This document shows, piece by piece, positions 44,737-54,536 of a stretch of DNA of 64,000 nucleotides (the first letter of the stretch is position 1; each line of letters starts with the position of its first letter). The stretch spans positions 37,820-101,819 of the forward strand of contig WBUH01000010.1 in the NCBI GenBank assembly GCA_008933805.1, read 5' to 3'. Source of the DNA: Bacteroidota bacterium (GTDB lineage Bacteria > Bacteroidota > Bacteroidia > UBA8524). The notes under the pieces were generated by a model, which was given only the letters and a program-made list of their open reading frames with translations, made no database searches and was not told the origin of the DNA. A program made the translations under genes and the position numbers.

Positions 44737-45545
44737 AAATCAATCAGAAAGTCAAACTCAAAATCTTCGGGTATATCTATGCTTTTACCTTTTGTTGGTA
44801 AAACCTCTGCCCTACCTGCATACGTTGCCAGCACATCAGCTAATTGCTGGGGCGCATTGCCGTGCAACAATAAAGGCAAACTTTGGTGGCTAATACCAAA
44901 CGTTTGGTAATAGTTAAGAATAAAGTAAGTAGCCTCGTCAATTCCCGTGTTAGGGAAACTGTTAAAGAAAACCGGCTGGGTATTGTTGGCATGTACCAAA
45001 TAAATACGGTCTTTCTCAACAAACACATTCAGCCTGTTTGGGTAATAACGTACCGATTTACGCAAATAATGAGCGGCTCTGGGCTCAACTATGGCTTCAT
45101 AGTACTTTGAGCGTGCAGGATAAAACAAATACTCTTTTACCCCAAAAACCAGCTTCACGCTTTCATCAAGCAGTGATACTGCTTTTGCTACTTCATCCTT
45201 ATCAAGGGTGTGCATGTGGCGCAGGTACGAATCGGTATAAAGCTCATCGTACATGGGTGCAGGCACCAAACTGCACTTGTGCCCTTGCAACACCACGGTG
45301 GTGGTTTTATATTTTTGCTTCAGGCTTTCTTGTGAACGAACAAAATCAAAAAAAGCACTTTCATCTTCCTTAAGCGGCACATAAAAACCGAAATGCCCCA
45401 ACAGCTGCAAAGCTCCGGCAGCATTATGCACTGCAAAAGCACAGGCATTATCGTTTAGTGCCACTACCAAATGGTTTTGGGCTGATAACTGGCTGTTGTA
45501 ATCCTCGGATGTATGAAATACCTGCATAGGTTGTTTATATGGCAA
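44727..45545 (-). CDS. DUF3822-family protein
   Basis: 272 aa. It overlaps rsmD by 10 nt. Position immediately upstream of rsmD-coaD is the conserved Bacteroidota context of DUF3822. The assignment rests on context and overall look only. Confidence 0.5.
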   Translation of the reverse strand: MPYKQPMQVFHTSEDYNSQLSAQNHLVVALNDNACAFAVHNAAGALQLLGHFGFYVPLKEDESAFFDFVRSQESLKQKYKTTTVVLQGHKCSLVPAPMYDELYTDSYLRHMHTLDKDEVAKAVSLLDESVKLVFGVKEYLFYPARSKYYEAIVEPRAAHYLRKSVRYYPNRLNVFVEKDRIYLVHANNTQPVFFNSFPNTGIDEATYFILNYYQTFGISHQSLPLLLHGNAPQQLADVLATYAGRAEVLPTKGKSIDIPEDFEFDFLIDFCH

Positions 45546-45551
45546 TATACT

Positions 45552-45574
45552 AAAAAAGCCCTTTTCAGGGCTTT
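45552..45574 (-). terminator. Rho-independent terminator
   Basis: AAGCCC (45556-45561) / GGGCTT (45568-45573). On the minus strand it is followed by a U-run (A45552-45557 on +). It lies 30 nt past the stop at 45604. Confidence 0.6.
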
Positions 45575-45603
45575 ATATCGTTACCGCCTTTGTATAGACG
45601 TTC

Positions 45604-46143
45604 TTAGTTTTCTTGTTTCTCCCAGTTACCTGTGTAAATAGCATCGCTTAAAGAACCTACTTTAAGAGCACGCTTTTTATTTACCGGTTTAGGGTCAATC
45701 ACTTCAAATACTTGAAGGGTAACACCGTTACGGTTTACTGTACCTGATCCGATTTTAAATTCAACTTTATCTGAGCAAGGCACAAAACGCAATGAGTCGA
45801 AATTAGCTATTTTGTCTTTCAGCTTATCAGCAATAGTTACAAACATTGTATCTATCACAACGGTTTGGTTCGCTTCGGTCAATTCACCCACCTGTTTCAA
45901 CTCAACAATTTTTCCGTTTTTAAGACCGTACTCAAGACTATCAAAGCTGTTAGCAAATACTCCGTAAGCATCTTTATAAGCAAACTGAGCCTCTTTAATT
46001 TCAGTTAAACGTTGAATAATTTTACCCTCAACATACGCTATTTGATTTTGCATGCGCAGTGTTGATGCAATAGAGTCATAACACAAATAACCCACTATAA
46101 CACAAAGAATAGCTAATACTGCTTTAACTATGTTGTTAGTCAT
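45604..46143 (-). CDS. Membrane-anchored hypothetical protein
   Basis: I prefer the ATG at 46143 (179 aa), which gives MTNNIVKAVLAILCVIVGYLCYDSI, an N-terminal anchor. I recognise no motif. Confidence 0.5.
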   Translation of the reverse strand: MTNNIVKAVLAILCVIVGYLCYDSIASTLRMQNQIAYVEGKIIQRLTEIKEAQFAYKDAYGVFANSFDSLEYGLKNGKIVELKQVGELTEANQTVVIDTMFVTIADKLKDKIANFDSLRFVPCSDKVEFKIGSGTVNRNGVTLQVFEVIDPKPVNKKRALKVGSLSDAIYTGNWEKQEN

Positions 46144-46275
46144 ACTTTCTTGATTTGGTGCAATAATACTACTTTTACTTGTATGGCGTGTAAAATGCAT
46201 CTTAAAACTGCACTTATACGCACACTTTTTTTACTGAACGATTTTTCTGCCTTACAGGTTTGAATTAATCATTAA

Positions 46276-46308
46276 TAAAAAACCCGCATAGCATACGCCA
46301 TGCGGGTT
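46276..46308 (-). terminator. Rho-independent terminator of the YceI-family gene
   Basis: Stem ACCCGCAT (46282-46289) / ATGCGGGT (46300-46307). On the minus strand it is followed by UUUUUUAUU. Confidence 0.7.
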
Positions 46309-46337
46309 ATATATACAAAGTATCTGGTCTGTTGTAA

Positions 46338-46997
46338 TTACTTTTTAGCTACAAGATTGATATTGATACCAATTATGTTGCTAAGGAAGTTTTCTTTCAA
46401 AAAGGCACGGGCTTTAGTGTCTTTTTCGTTACCCCACATTACGTTCCACTCCAAACGGTTGATTTCAGTTTTTGCAGTAGCAGTTACTGAACCGTCGGCA
46501 GTTGTAATTTTAGCAGGGAAAGTAATTTCACGGGTGTTATTTTTGATTGAAAGGTTACCGCTTACGCTGTGGGTATTACCGTTTGCATCAGCAGCAGCCA
46601 ATTTCTCAACTTTAGTGATTTCGAATGTAGCAGTAGGAAAACTATCAACGTTGAAGAAATCAGGGCTTGCAAGGTGACCTACCAATTTAGCGTTCTCAGC
46701 TGCATCAGTAATGTCGGTGTTTTTGATAGTTTTCATATCAACAGTAAAGTTACCTGATTTTAGTTCGCCGTTTTCAAACGAAAGAATACCGGTTTGGATA
46801 TTGATAGTTCCGGTGTGTGAACCTGAAACAACTTTTGAACCGCTCCAACCCAATGTGCTGGCAGTTGCATCAACGGTATAAGTGGCTGCTGAATCAGATG
46901 CTTGAGCTACTTGTCCGGCTTCGTTTGAGGTTTTAGTGTTTTGCTTGCAAGCCGCCAAAGACGCTGCTGCAAATAGTACTACAAATACTTTTTTCAT
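46338..46997 (-). CDS. YceI-family (polyisoprenoid-binding-like) lipoprotein
   Basis: 219 aa with lipobox LAACK. YTVDATASTLGWSGSKVVSGSHTGTINIQTGILSFENGELKSGNFTVDMKTI and GNLSIKNNTREITFPA match the YceI pattern. Confidence 0.8.
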   Translation of the reverse strand: MKKVFVVLFAAASLAACKQNTKTSNEAGQVAQASDSAATYTVDATASTLGWSGSKVVSGSHTGTINIQTGILSFENGELKSGNFTVDMKTIKNTDITDAAENAKLVGHLASPDFFNVDSFPTATFEITKVEKLAAADANGNTHSVSGNLSIKNNTREITFPAKITTADGSVTATAKTEINRLEWNVMWGNEKDTKARAFLKENFLSNIIGININLVAKK

Positions 46998-47022
46998 ATT
47001 GTTTTTAGTGTAATTATTAGTA

Positions 47023-47030
47023 CAAAGCTA
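47023..47030 (-). promoter_or_regulatory. Candidate -7 box TAGCTTTG for the YceI-family gene
   Basis: The minus strand reads TAGCTTTG (TAnnTTTG), with 25 nt between the motif and the ATG at 46997. Confidence 0.4.
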
Positions 47031-47123
47031 TAAATCAATGTTTAAACATCAAAGTGATTTCTTTAACATTTGTATAAACAACTGTTTAACAGGACTTTAA
47101 ATTTAGACTCATTCTTAATAACG

Positions 47124-47153
47124 AAAAAAGGGCAGCTAAAAACTGCCCTTTTT
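47124..47153 (-). terminator. Rho-independent terminator (hairpin flanked by A-run and T-run)
   Basis: GGGCAG (47130-47135) / CTGCCC (47143-47148), flanked by AAAAAA and TTTTT. It lies 23 nt past the stop at 47176. Confidence 0.7.
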
Positions 47154-47175
47154 CCGTTATTTATCGCCTAAACAA

Positions 47176-48147
47176 CTATTTACACTCGTAAGTATAAGTG
47201 GTGTTGGTTGTTTCTGTGGGGCTGATTTCTTTTGAAGTAGCTGGGCTATTACGTGTATTAAACGTATAAGTGGTAGTAATTGTTTCATTACCTGTATCGG
47301 TTACATCGGTGTGACTGGTTTTCAAATTCACATCAATGTCTTTAGAGTCAATGTTGGGGTCACTCCACTCATCAGGTACCAGCTTAGTAATCAGCTTGTA
47401 AGCAGCATCGGCATCACCCGCAGTTTTGCTCAAATCAAACACCGCAGTAAACGAAACTTTAAACGGCTCAGAAACATCTGATTTTGAAGATTCTTTAGTA
47501 CGGTTACCGTTACCATCGTACTCGTAGCTATACTCATCTTGTAATGAGTAGGGTTGAGTACCCATTGAGGTTTCAGAAGACCTGTAAGTAATCAATCCGG
47601 CAGGGCGTCCTTTTGAATTATAATTTAAGAATATACCGCTGTCTTTTGAAACTACTTTACCTACACCGGGAAAGTTATCAATAGTTGTGGTGCGCACCGT
47701 ATATGAAACCCTTCCGTTTGCATCGTAAAAATACTTTTGGTTAATATCCACCAAACCGAAAGGAGAGTTGATACTATAATCACGTTGAGTTATCTTATTT
47801 GCTGAATTGAAGGCATTGCTAAAATTGATGGTCAAAGCCCCTTTTTGGTAAAGCTTTACATCAGTAAGGTTACGGCCATTATAAGATAATAAAGCATAGC
47901 TGGTTGTATCTTCATTACCGGTAACAGAATCTATAAAGTTGGCCTTTACAATTTTATCATCGTTGTAATACAATACAAACCCACCATAGCTAAGAGGGCT
48001 GCCGGTAACTGCAATCTCTTCTTTGATAGACTTTAGCTTACAGTTTTGACTTGAACCGCCGTTGTTGTTTCCGTTGTTCTCATCTTTCTTACAAGATGCC
48101 GCAGCTAAAAGAAGCCCGGCAAAAGCAAACATGATAATTTTTTTCAT
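47176..48147 (-). CDS. Hypothetical lipoprotein
   Basis: 323 aa with lipobox LAAASCKKD followed by an Asn/Gly-rich linker. It contains YD-like strings (YFYDANGRVSY, YSYEYDGNGNRT). No function can be assigned. Confidence 0.5.
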   Translation of the reverse strand: MKKIIMFAFAGLLLAAASCKKDENNGNNNGGSSQNCKLKSIKEEIAVTGSPLSYGGFVLYYNDDKIVKANFIDSVTGNEDTTSYALLSYNGRNLTDVKLYQKGALTINFSNAFNSANKITQRDYSINSPFGLVDINQKYFYDANGRVSYTVRTTTIDNFPGVGKVVSKDSGIFLNYNSKGRPAGLITYRSSETSMGTQPYSLQDEYSYEYDGNGNRTKESSKSDVSEPFKVSFTAVFDLSKTAGDADAAYKLITKLVPDEWSDPNIDSKDIDVNLKTSHTDVTDTGNETITTTYTFNTRNSPATSKEISPTETTNTTYTYECK

Positions 48148-48184
48148 AATTCAGTTTATGTACTTAACCTAAGTAGACGGCTAT

Positions 48185-49849
48185 TTATGCAAAACGGTTC
48201 CCCACCCAAACAAAACGTTTGTTAATATATTCAGGGTTGGTGAAACTGGCATTACCCGCGGGGTTACCGCCCGTAACGTGAAAATCAGAAAATGCAGCAT
48301 GCTGGTTTACAAATATTGCACCTGTGAAGTTGAATGAAACCGGGGTAAACACGCTGTTCATTTCATCTTCAATAGTAGCTTGTGCAGCAGCATCGGTTGT
48401 ATAAGCCAAGCAGGTAATGGCACCGTGAGCTTCTGCTGACTCTTTTACCAACTGCAACGAGTGTGCTGAGCTATCGGTTTTAATAACAAACACAACCGGC
48501 CCAAAGCATTCTGTTAGGTAAAGGTCTTTTTGCTCCACTCCTACCTCAATCAAACTTGGGCTGGCAGTACGGGCATTCTCAAACTCAGGGTTGGCAACCT
48601 GCACGCTGGCAAGCACCATGCGACCACCGGCACCGGCAGCTGCTTGCACACGTTGTATGGTAGCATCGGCTTGGATACCACCCAAGGTAAAGGCACCCAT
48701 TTTAGGATGGTTTACAATGCCTTTGATTGCTTCTGCAAGCATATTCACAGCATCGTCATACGCCACAACTCCATCGGGGGTTTTAATACCGTCTTTTGAT
48801 ATAAAGATATTTTGTGGTGCAGTACACATTTGTTTTGAATACAGCGATACTGAAAACGCAATGTTTTGCATCACCGCATTAATATCAGCCGCAGAATCAA
48901 GTATTACCGAGTTTACTCCTGCTTTTTCAGTAAATACATCTTTACCGCTAAGGTTTTCTACATAGTTACCAAAGCTTGAGCTTCCGGTAAAATCAACCAG
49001 TTTCACATCCTTATCCTCGGCCAATTGCTTAGTAATAGGTTGTGTAACGGTATCTACCGCCAACTGAACTATATTAGGGTCAAAACCGTTAGCCTTCAAT
49101 ACTTTTTGAATTTCTCCCACCACAATGGCAATAGGTAATATTGCTTTAGGGTGAGGTTTCACTATCACAGTATTACCGGTAATTAAACTGGCATACAAAC
49201 CGGGTACGGTGTTCCAAGTAGGGAAAGTAGAACAGCCTATTACCAAGCTGATACCTTTTGGTACGGCTTTCCAGTTTTTACGAATATTGATATCAAACTT
49301 GCCCATGTTTTTAACCCACATCACTTCTTGTGGAAAACGGGTAAGTTCCATATAGCCCATGGTAATAGCTTCAAGTGCCCTGTCGTTTGCATGTGGACCG
49401 CTGGCCTGAAACGACATCACAAAACCTTGTCCGGTGGTGTGCATGGTGGCATAAGCAATATCAAAAAAGCGAGGGATTATTTGTTCAAGAGTTTCTATCA
49501 AAACACCGGTACGTTCCTCAACACTGGTTTTGCTCCATTGCTTTTGAGCAGTTTTAGCATTGCTCATCAATTGCTCTGGCGAAAACGCAGGATAGGTAAT
49601 TCCTAAGCCCAATTGCAAAAACGGAGAAACTTCTTCACCTATGTGAGCTACTTCACCGGTTTGCAGCAATTCATTAAATCCGGTATTCAACAGTTTCTGA
49701 AAATAGCTCTTGCCGTTTGCATCACCATCCTCAGCATAGGCTTTGGGGTTCTCGGGGTAAGGGGTATAATAATTACGTTCGCTAATGGCTTTTATGGCTG
49801 CATCAAGCGTAGGCTTGTGCTTTTCAAACAATGAAGCTGCTTGGTTCAT
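48185..49849 (-). CDS. paaN: PaaN-like aldehyde dehydrogenase family protein
   Basis: 554 aa with the ALDH catalytic region FTEKAGVNS ... SKQMCTAPQNIF. Length and the N-terminus (LFEKHKPTLDAAIKAISERNYYTPYPENPKAY) resemble the stand-alone PaaN type. No other paa genes occur in the window. Confidence 0.6.
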   Translation of the reverse strand: MNQAASLFEKHKPTLDAAIKAISERNYYTPYPENPKAYAEDGDANGKSYFQKLLNTGFNELLQTGEVAHIGEEVSPFLQLGLGITYPAFSPEQLMSNAKTAQKQWSKTSVEERTGVLIETLEQIIPRFFDIAYATMHTTGQGFVMSFQASGPHANDRALEAITMGYMELTRFPQEVMWVKNMGKFDINIRKNWKAVPKGISLVIGCSTFPTWNTVPGLYASLITGNTVIVKPHPKAILPIAIVVGEIQKVLKANGFDPNIVQLAVDTVTQPITKQLAEDKDVKLVDFTGSSSFGNYVENLSGKDVFTEKAGVNSVILDSAADINAVMQNIAFSVSLYSKQMCTAPQNIFISKDGIKTPDGVVAYDDAVNMLAEAIKGIVNHPKMGAFTLGGIQADATIQRVQAAAGAGGRMVLASVQVANPEFENARTASPSLIEVGVEQKDLYLTECFGPVVFVIKTDSSAHSLQLVKESAEAHGAITCLAYTTDAAAQATIEDEMNSVFTPVSFNFTGAIFVNQHAAFSDFHVTGGNPAGNASFTNPEYINKRFVWVGNRFA

Positions 49850-49868
49850 ATTCTTTTAAAAATTTGTG

Positions 49869-49876
49869 CAAAGATA
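49869..49876 (-). promoter_or_regulatory. Candidate -7 box TATCTTTG for the PaaN-like gene
   Basis: The minus strand reads TATCTTTG, with 19 nt between the motif and the ATG at 49849. Confidence 0.4.
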
Positions 49877-50045
49877 ACGCCTTTTGTGCATTGTTATAAA
49901 TGTGTTTCATTACGCTTTGCAATAGGCTTTTACACAATTTGGCCACCACCATTTGGTATTTTTTTTTAAAATTTTTACGTTTTATTGTAAAATTTTGAGT
50001 TAACTTGTAAACACGGTAATTTTTAGCTAACTCCCTGAAGTCAAA

Positions 50046-52973
50046 ATGACGCATGAATTTGTAAATACCGCGAGGTCGTTGAGAAACAAGTACCTCGTAT
50101 TTTTAGGTATAATAATAATTATCCTGATAACTAATCTTCCCATCATCCATTATAGTTACCAAGTCAATAATGAGTCGGCTACTATGATTAATATATCAGG
50201 AAGACAACGGATGCTTAGCCAGCGAATCTCTAAACTTACTTATAATATTGCCACCCAAATACGTGAAGACGGAAAAGCACAAGAACACTTCCTTGATTCT
50301 ACTATTAAGTTCTGCGACCAGTTTGTAAGAGCACACGATGCCTTGCTGCTTGGAAACGGGGATTATGGGATAACCGTAAAACCAAGCCCGGCAGTTAAAC
50401 AGAAAATTGAAAGCACTACAACTGAACTCTGGGGAATTGTTAATGCGGCAAAACTGCTTGCCGTAAATCAAGATACCGCAACAGCAAATTCTTCAATAGA
50501 CACAATGCGTAAATACGACATCCCGTATTTACTGAAAATGGAAGACGTTGTGGCTACGCAGGAATCGGAATATATAACCACACGGCGCACCACCCGAAAC
50601 CTTCTCATTATACTATCTACAGCATCACTTATCATCATCATATTAAGTTTTATTGTTATAGTATTACCTACCATACGAAAACTAAATATCGCTAATGATT
50701 TACTTACCCAAACCACCGACAGGCTTTTTATGGCCACCGGTGCAGCGAAAATTGGAGTTTGGGAGTATGATGTAAAAAATGACGCCTTGATATGGGACGA
50801 TGAAATGTACAAGATGTACAACATTCACACTGAAGATTTAAAGGGTCTATTAAAAGCCTGGTTTAGAACCATACATCCTGAAGACTTATCGATGGTGGTA
50901 AGGGAATTGCGACAAACTTTGCATGGAAAATCTGAAATAAACAATGAATTCAGAATACTTTGGCCTGATGGCACAGTGAGGTTTATAAGAGCCCGTGCTG
51001 TATCGCAGAGAAATAAAAACGGTAAGGTGGTAAAGCTTACAGGGATTAATTTTGATGTAACCGACCAAAGAGTATCTGATAAGATTATCCAAGAAGGCAA
51101 ACAAAGCTTATTGAAGGCGCAGGAAATTGCCAAATTAGGAAGCTGGGACTGGGATATAATAACCGGAAAAGAGTTTTGGAGCGATGAGCAGTACAGGATT
51201 TTTGGCTATGAACCCGGTGAAGTTGTTGCCAACTATAGTTTATTCTTAAGCGCATTACACCCTGATGACGAGGAGCGGGTTTTGAAAGCGGTGGCTGATG
51301 CACTTGATGGAACTAAACCATACAATATAAATTTCAGGATAATTAAGAAAAACGGTGACATTGTATATATAGATGCGTTGGGTGAGGTGTATCGTGATGC
51401 AAACGGTGCTCCACAACGTATGATAGGCACAATTCATGATGTTACTGAAAAAACACTTGCCCAAAAAGAACTGCGATTAAGCGACGAACAATTTAAAGGT
51501 GCCTTTGAATATTCTGCTATTGGTATGGCATTGGTGTCGCTGGAGGGAAAATGGCTGCGTATAAACAGGCAGCTATGCACCATTTTAGGATATACTGAGG
51601 ATGAACTACTGAAATTAACTTTTCAAGATATCACCCACCCCGATGACCTTGACAGTGATCTTGAAAAATTAAACCGACTGCTAAAAGGCGAGATAGACCA
51701 TTATAACATGGAAAAACGCTACCTGCACAAAAACGGCGGCATTGTGTGGGTGATGTTAATTGTGTCGTTGGTTAAGGATATTGAAGGAAATCCCGCTCAT
51801 TTTGTATCACAGATTGATGATATCACCCAGCGGAAAAAGGATGAAGAAGAGCTTTTACGCGTTAACCAACAGCTTACGGCACTTTTTGATTCAGGAAGTC
51901 AGGTATCAACCATAAGCACCGACCTGAAAGGCACCATTACCTATTTCAGTAAAGGTGCCGAAACCCTGCTAGGCTACAAAGCTGAAGAGATGGTGAATGT
52001 AAATTCTCCTGCCATTATTCATGTAAGAGAAGAAGTTGAAAAGCGGGGGGATGAACTTACTGAGCTTTTCGGACGTGAAATAAGAGGCTTCGATGTGTTT
52101 GTTGAGTATGCCAAACAAGGCAAGCATGAATCGAGGGAATGGACGTATGTGCGAAAAGACGGCGGCACATTCCCTGTACAATTAGTTGTAACCGGATTAA
52201 GAAACCGTCAAGGCCAATTGGTAGGCTTTTTAGGTATTGCTACAGATATCACTAAGCAAAAAGAAAAAGAAGAGGCACTAAACTCTTCGCTAGATATAAT
52301 TGGCGAACAAAATAAACGCCTGTTGAACTTTGCCCACATTGTATCACACAATTTAAGATCTCACACGGGCAACATGCAAATGGTGCTAGGGTTGTATGAC
52401 GACTCTGAAACACCCGAAGAAAAAGAAGAGATGGTAGACCATCTTAAAAGCATTACTCTGACTCTTGCCGAAGCTATTAAAAACCTGAACGAAGTAGTAA
52501 GCATACAAACCAACATTAATAAGCAACGGGAAAAATTAAACCTTAAACACTATATTGATAAAACTATTGAGGTGCTTAGTGGTGAGATTGAATTAAAAGG
52601 AGCTAAAATTGTAAACAACGTTCCTGCCGATGTTGAAGTTGATTTTAATGCTGCTTATATGGAAAGTGTTTTACTGAATTTTCTGACAAACGGTATAAAG
52701 TACCGTCACCCTGACAGGCCAGCTATAGTAACACTTGACATTATTGTTGCAGATGGCAAAAAAGTTTTGCAAATTGCTGATAATGGCTTAGGTATTGATA
52801 TGAAAAAACACGGAGAGAAACTATTTGGCATGTATAAAACTTTTCATGGAAACAGCGATGCTAAGGGGATTGGATTATTTATAACCAAAAACCAAGTAGA
52901 GGCGATGGGCGGAAAAATTGAAGTGGAAAGTGAAGTTAATATTGGAACAACCTTTAAAATATCCCTGCAATGA
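50046..52973 (+). CDS. Multi-PAS sensor histidine kinase with PilJ/NarX-type N-terminal sensor
   Basis: 975 aa. TM1, then the sensor P-box-like INISGRQRMLSQRISK, then TM2 (LLIILSTASLIIIILSFIVIVL). Four PAS/PAC units (GVWEYDV..., GSWDWDI..., IGMALVSLEGKW..., VSTISTDLKGTITY...). H-box FAHIVSHNLRSH, N-box LLNFLTNGIKY, G-boxes IADNGLGID and GIGLFITK. Confidence 0.88.
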   Translation: MTHEFVNTARSLRNKYLVFLGIIIIILITNLPIIHYSYQVNNESATMINISGRQRMLSQRISKLTYNIATQIREDGKAQEHFLDSTIKFCDQFVRAHDALLLGNGDYGITVKPSPAVKQKIESTTTELWGIVNAAKLLAVNQDTATANSSIDTMRKYDIPYLLKMEDVVATQESEYITTRRTTRNLLIILSTASLIIIILSFIVIVLPTIRKLNIANDLLTQTTDRLFMATGAAKIGVWEYDVKNDALIWDDEMYKMYNIHTEDLKGLLKAWFRTIHPEDLSMVVRELRQTLHGKSEINNEFRILWPDGTVRFIRARAVSQRNKNGKVVKLTGINFDVTDQRVSDKIIQEGKQSLLKAQEIAKLGSWDWDIITGKEFWSDEQYRIFGYEPGEVVANYSLFLSALHPDDEERVLKAVADALDGTKPYNINFRIIKKNGDIVYIDALGEVYRDANGAPQRMIGTIHDVTEKTLAQKELRLSDEQFKGAFEYSAIGMALVSLEGKWLRINRQLCTILGYTEDELLKLTFQDITHPDDLDSDLEKLNRLLKGEIDHYNMEKRYLHKNGGIVWVMLIVSLVKDIEGNPAHFVSQIDDITQRKKDEEELLRVNQQLTALFDSGSQVSTISTDLKGTITYFSKGAETLLGYKAEEMVNVNSPAIIHVREEVEKRGDELTELFGREIRGFDVFVEYAKQGKHESREWTYVRKDGGTFPVQLVVTGLRNRQGQLVGFLGIATDITKQKEKEEALNSSLDIIGEQNKRLLNFAHIVSHNLRSHTGNMQMVLGLYDDSETPEEKEEMVDHLKSITLTLAEAIKNLNEVVSIQTNINKQREKLNLKHYIDKTIEVLSGEIELKGAKIVNNVPADVEVDFNAAYMESVLLNFLTNGIKYRHPDRPAIVTLDIIVADGKKVLQIADNGLGIDMKKHGEKLFGMYKTFHGNSDAKGIGLFITKNQVEAMGGKIEVESEVNIGTTFKISLQ

Positions 52974-53353
52974 ATACTTTAACAACTTGTATTGTTGACG
53001 ACGATGAAGTATTTGTAATGGGTGTCAAGCGAATTCTCACCCGTAATAATCTCTGTACTGATATACTTGTATTTGAAAACGGCTTAAAAGCTTTAAACCA
53101 TCTTTCTTCATCAGGCAATGTGATACCCGATACTATATTATTGGATATCAATATGCCCGTAATGGACGGCTGGCAATTTTTAGAGGGGTTTTCAAAAGTA
53201 AAACCTACGTTAGGAAAACCTGTTACCATTTACATGATTAGCTCTTCTATTGACCCTAACGATATGGAAAAAGCTAAAACTTACAGTGATGTTAAAGACT
53301 ACATCGTAAAACCGATAACCACTACTGATTTACAACGAATAATCGTTCATTAA
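52970..53353 (+). CDS. Receiver-only response regulator
   Basis: 127 aa with CIVDDDEVF, LLDINMPVMDGWQF, MISSS, KDYIVKP and no output domain. The ATGA overlap with the kinase stop suggests translational coupling. Confidence 0.88.
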   Translation: MNTLTTCIVDDDEVFVMGVKRILTRNNLCTDILVFENGLKALNHLSSSGNVIPDTILLDINMPVMDGWQFLEGFSKVKPTLGKPVTIYMISSSIDPNDMEKAKTYSDVKDYIVKPITTTDLQRIIVH

Positions 53354-53402
53354 TCAATCGACCTTTATAGCATAAGCTAAACGCTAACAATATTCCTTAA
53401 AA

Positions 53403-53438
53403 CAAAAAAAAATGGCCGCAATAGCGGCCATTTTTTAT
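53403..53438. terminator. Bidirectional rho-independent terminator
   Basis: ATGGCCGC (53412-53419) / GCGGCCAT (53424-53431), flanked by an A-run (53403-53411) and a T-run (53431-53436). It lies between convergent genes ending at 53353 and 53473. Confidence 0.8.
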
Positions 53439-53472
53439 TAACTAACACGCGGGAATGACCCCACAATTCTTT

Positions 53473-54522
53473 TTAATAATTAAAGAAGAAACCACCGGGT
53501 ACTATACCCACTTTAAAATTGCTTTCAGTTCCGTCTGTTTTCAAGCGGTAAACAATTCCTTTTTGGTTAAAATCAAGCGCATCAGTAACATATACTGAAC
53601 CGTCTTTAGGGTCAACACCTAAACCGTAAAAATAACCGGCTTTTTTAGCTGTAGCAGGCAAAGTGCTTGCAGTAATATCCATTTCGTACACACCGGTGCT
53701 GCTGGTATAATACAGCTTATCGCCGCTGCCGTTAATTGCCAATTTGCTGGCCGATTGACCTGCGGGGAATAACACGGTAGCTTCAACGCTGTTATTAGAA
53801 GGATTAACACGAATAAAACGTGCTTGGGTAGTACCAACTGAATCAACAAGTACCCAAAGTTTGCCGTTTTTATCTTTCACCAAACCGTTTGGTGCACCGG
53901 TCAAGGTAATGCTATCAGCAACAGTGTTGTTGGTTGAATTAATTTCATACACCATTTTGTTGCTCCAGTTGTTTACATAAACATCTGTTCCAACTTCAAC
54001 CATGTGTTCGCTCCAACCGGGCAATGTAATGCTGCCGGTTTTAGTAGCTGCGTCAAGGTCAACAATGTGTATCACACCGCCAAACAAATCGGTTACGTAA
54101 GCCTTTTTGTTGCCTGATGATGATAAAGGCAGCAAAAAGCGGGGTGATCCCATGTTGTTGATAGTAGCTGTAGAGGCAAAAGTTTCAGCATTTACTACTT
54201 CAATTTTTTGTGAGTTATTTACAATCAGGTAGAATTTGTTACCCACTTTAGTCATTGATTGCAAAATATCGCCCAAGGGACGGCTGTTTTTCTTTGCAAA
54301 CAAATCGTCGCTTAGTTCACCGCTAGTAGGGTTATAAAAATCAACGCTTGAATTGCCTTTTAAGAAACCACCTTCGTTTATTACAAAAACACCTTGGTAG
54401 CTTGCGGGGGTTGATGTACCGGGTTTGGTATCATCATCTTCTTTACAAGAATTTAAAAACAACACCATTGCAGCCATTGCTATTACAAGGCTCAGGTTTG
54501 TGATTTTTTTCAGATTTTTCAT
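53473..54522 (-). CDS. Beta-propeller surface lipoprotein (YncE/DUF5074-like), second gene of the B12-riboswitch operon
   Basis: I prefer the ATG at 54522 (349 aa), which gives MKNLKKITNLSLVIAMAAMVLFLNSCKEDDD, a lipobox with an acidic surface-export-like tail. GVFVINEGGF..GNSSVDFYNP...LGDILQSM...YLIVNNSQKIEVVNAETF and repeated blade-like strands follow. It starts 14 nt after the receptor stop. Confidence 0.6.
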   Translation of the reverse strand: MKNLKKITNLSLVIAMAAMVLFLNSCKEDDDTKPGTSTPASYQGVFVINEGGFLKGNSSVDFYNPTSGELSDDLFAKKNSRPLGDILQSMTKVGNKFYLIVNNSQKIEVVNAETFASTATINNMGSPRFLLPLSSSGNKKAYVTDLFGGVIHIVDLDAATKTGSITLPGWSEHMVEVGTDVYVNNWSNKMVYEINSTNNTVADSITLTGAPNGLVKDKNGKLWVLVDSVGTTQARFIRVNPSNNSVEATVLFPAGQSASKLAINGSGDKLYYTSSTGVYEMDITASTLPATAKKAGYFYGLGVDPKDGSVYVTDALDFNQKGIVYRLKTDGTESNFKVGIVPGGFFFNY

Positions 54523-54536
54523 TTTTATTGTTTGGA

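Noticed and set aside
49863-49890. Direct repeat TTTGTGCA twice, 20 nt apart, between the divergent PaaN-like and kinase genes
   Set aside because: By rough estimate, an 8-mer repeated once in a ~200-nt AT-rich spacer is not clearly beyond chance. One copy overlaps the predicted -7 box of the PaaN-like gene.
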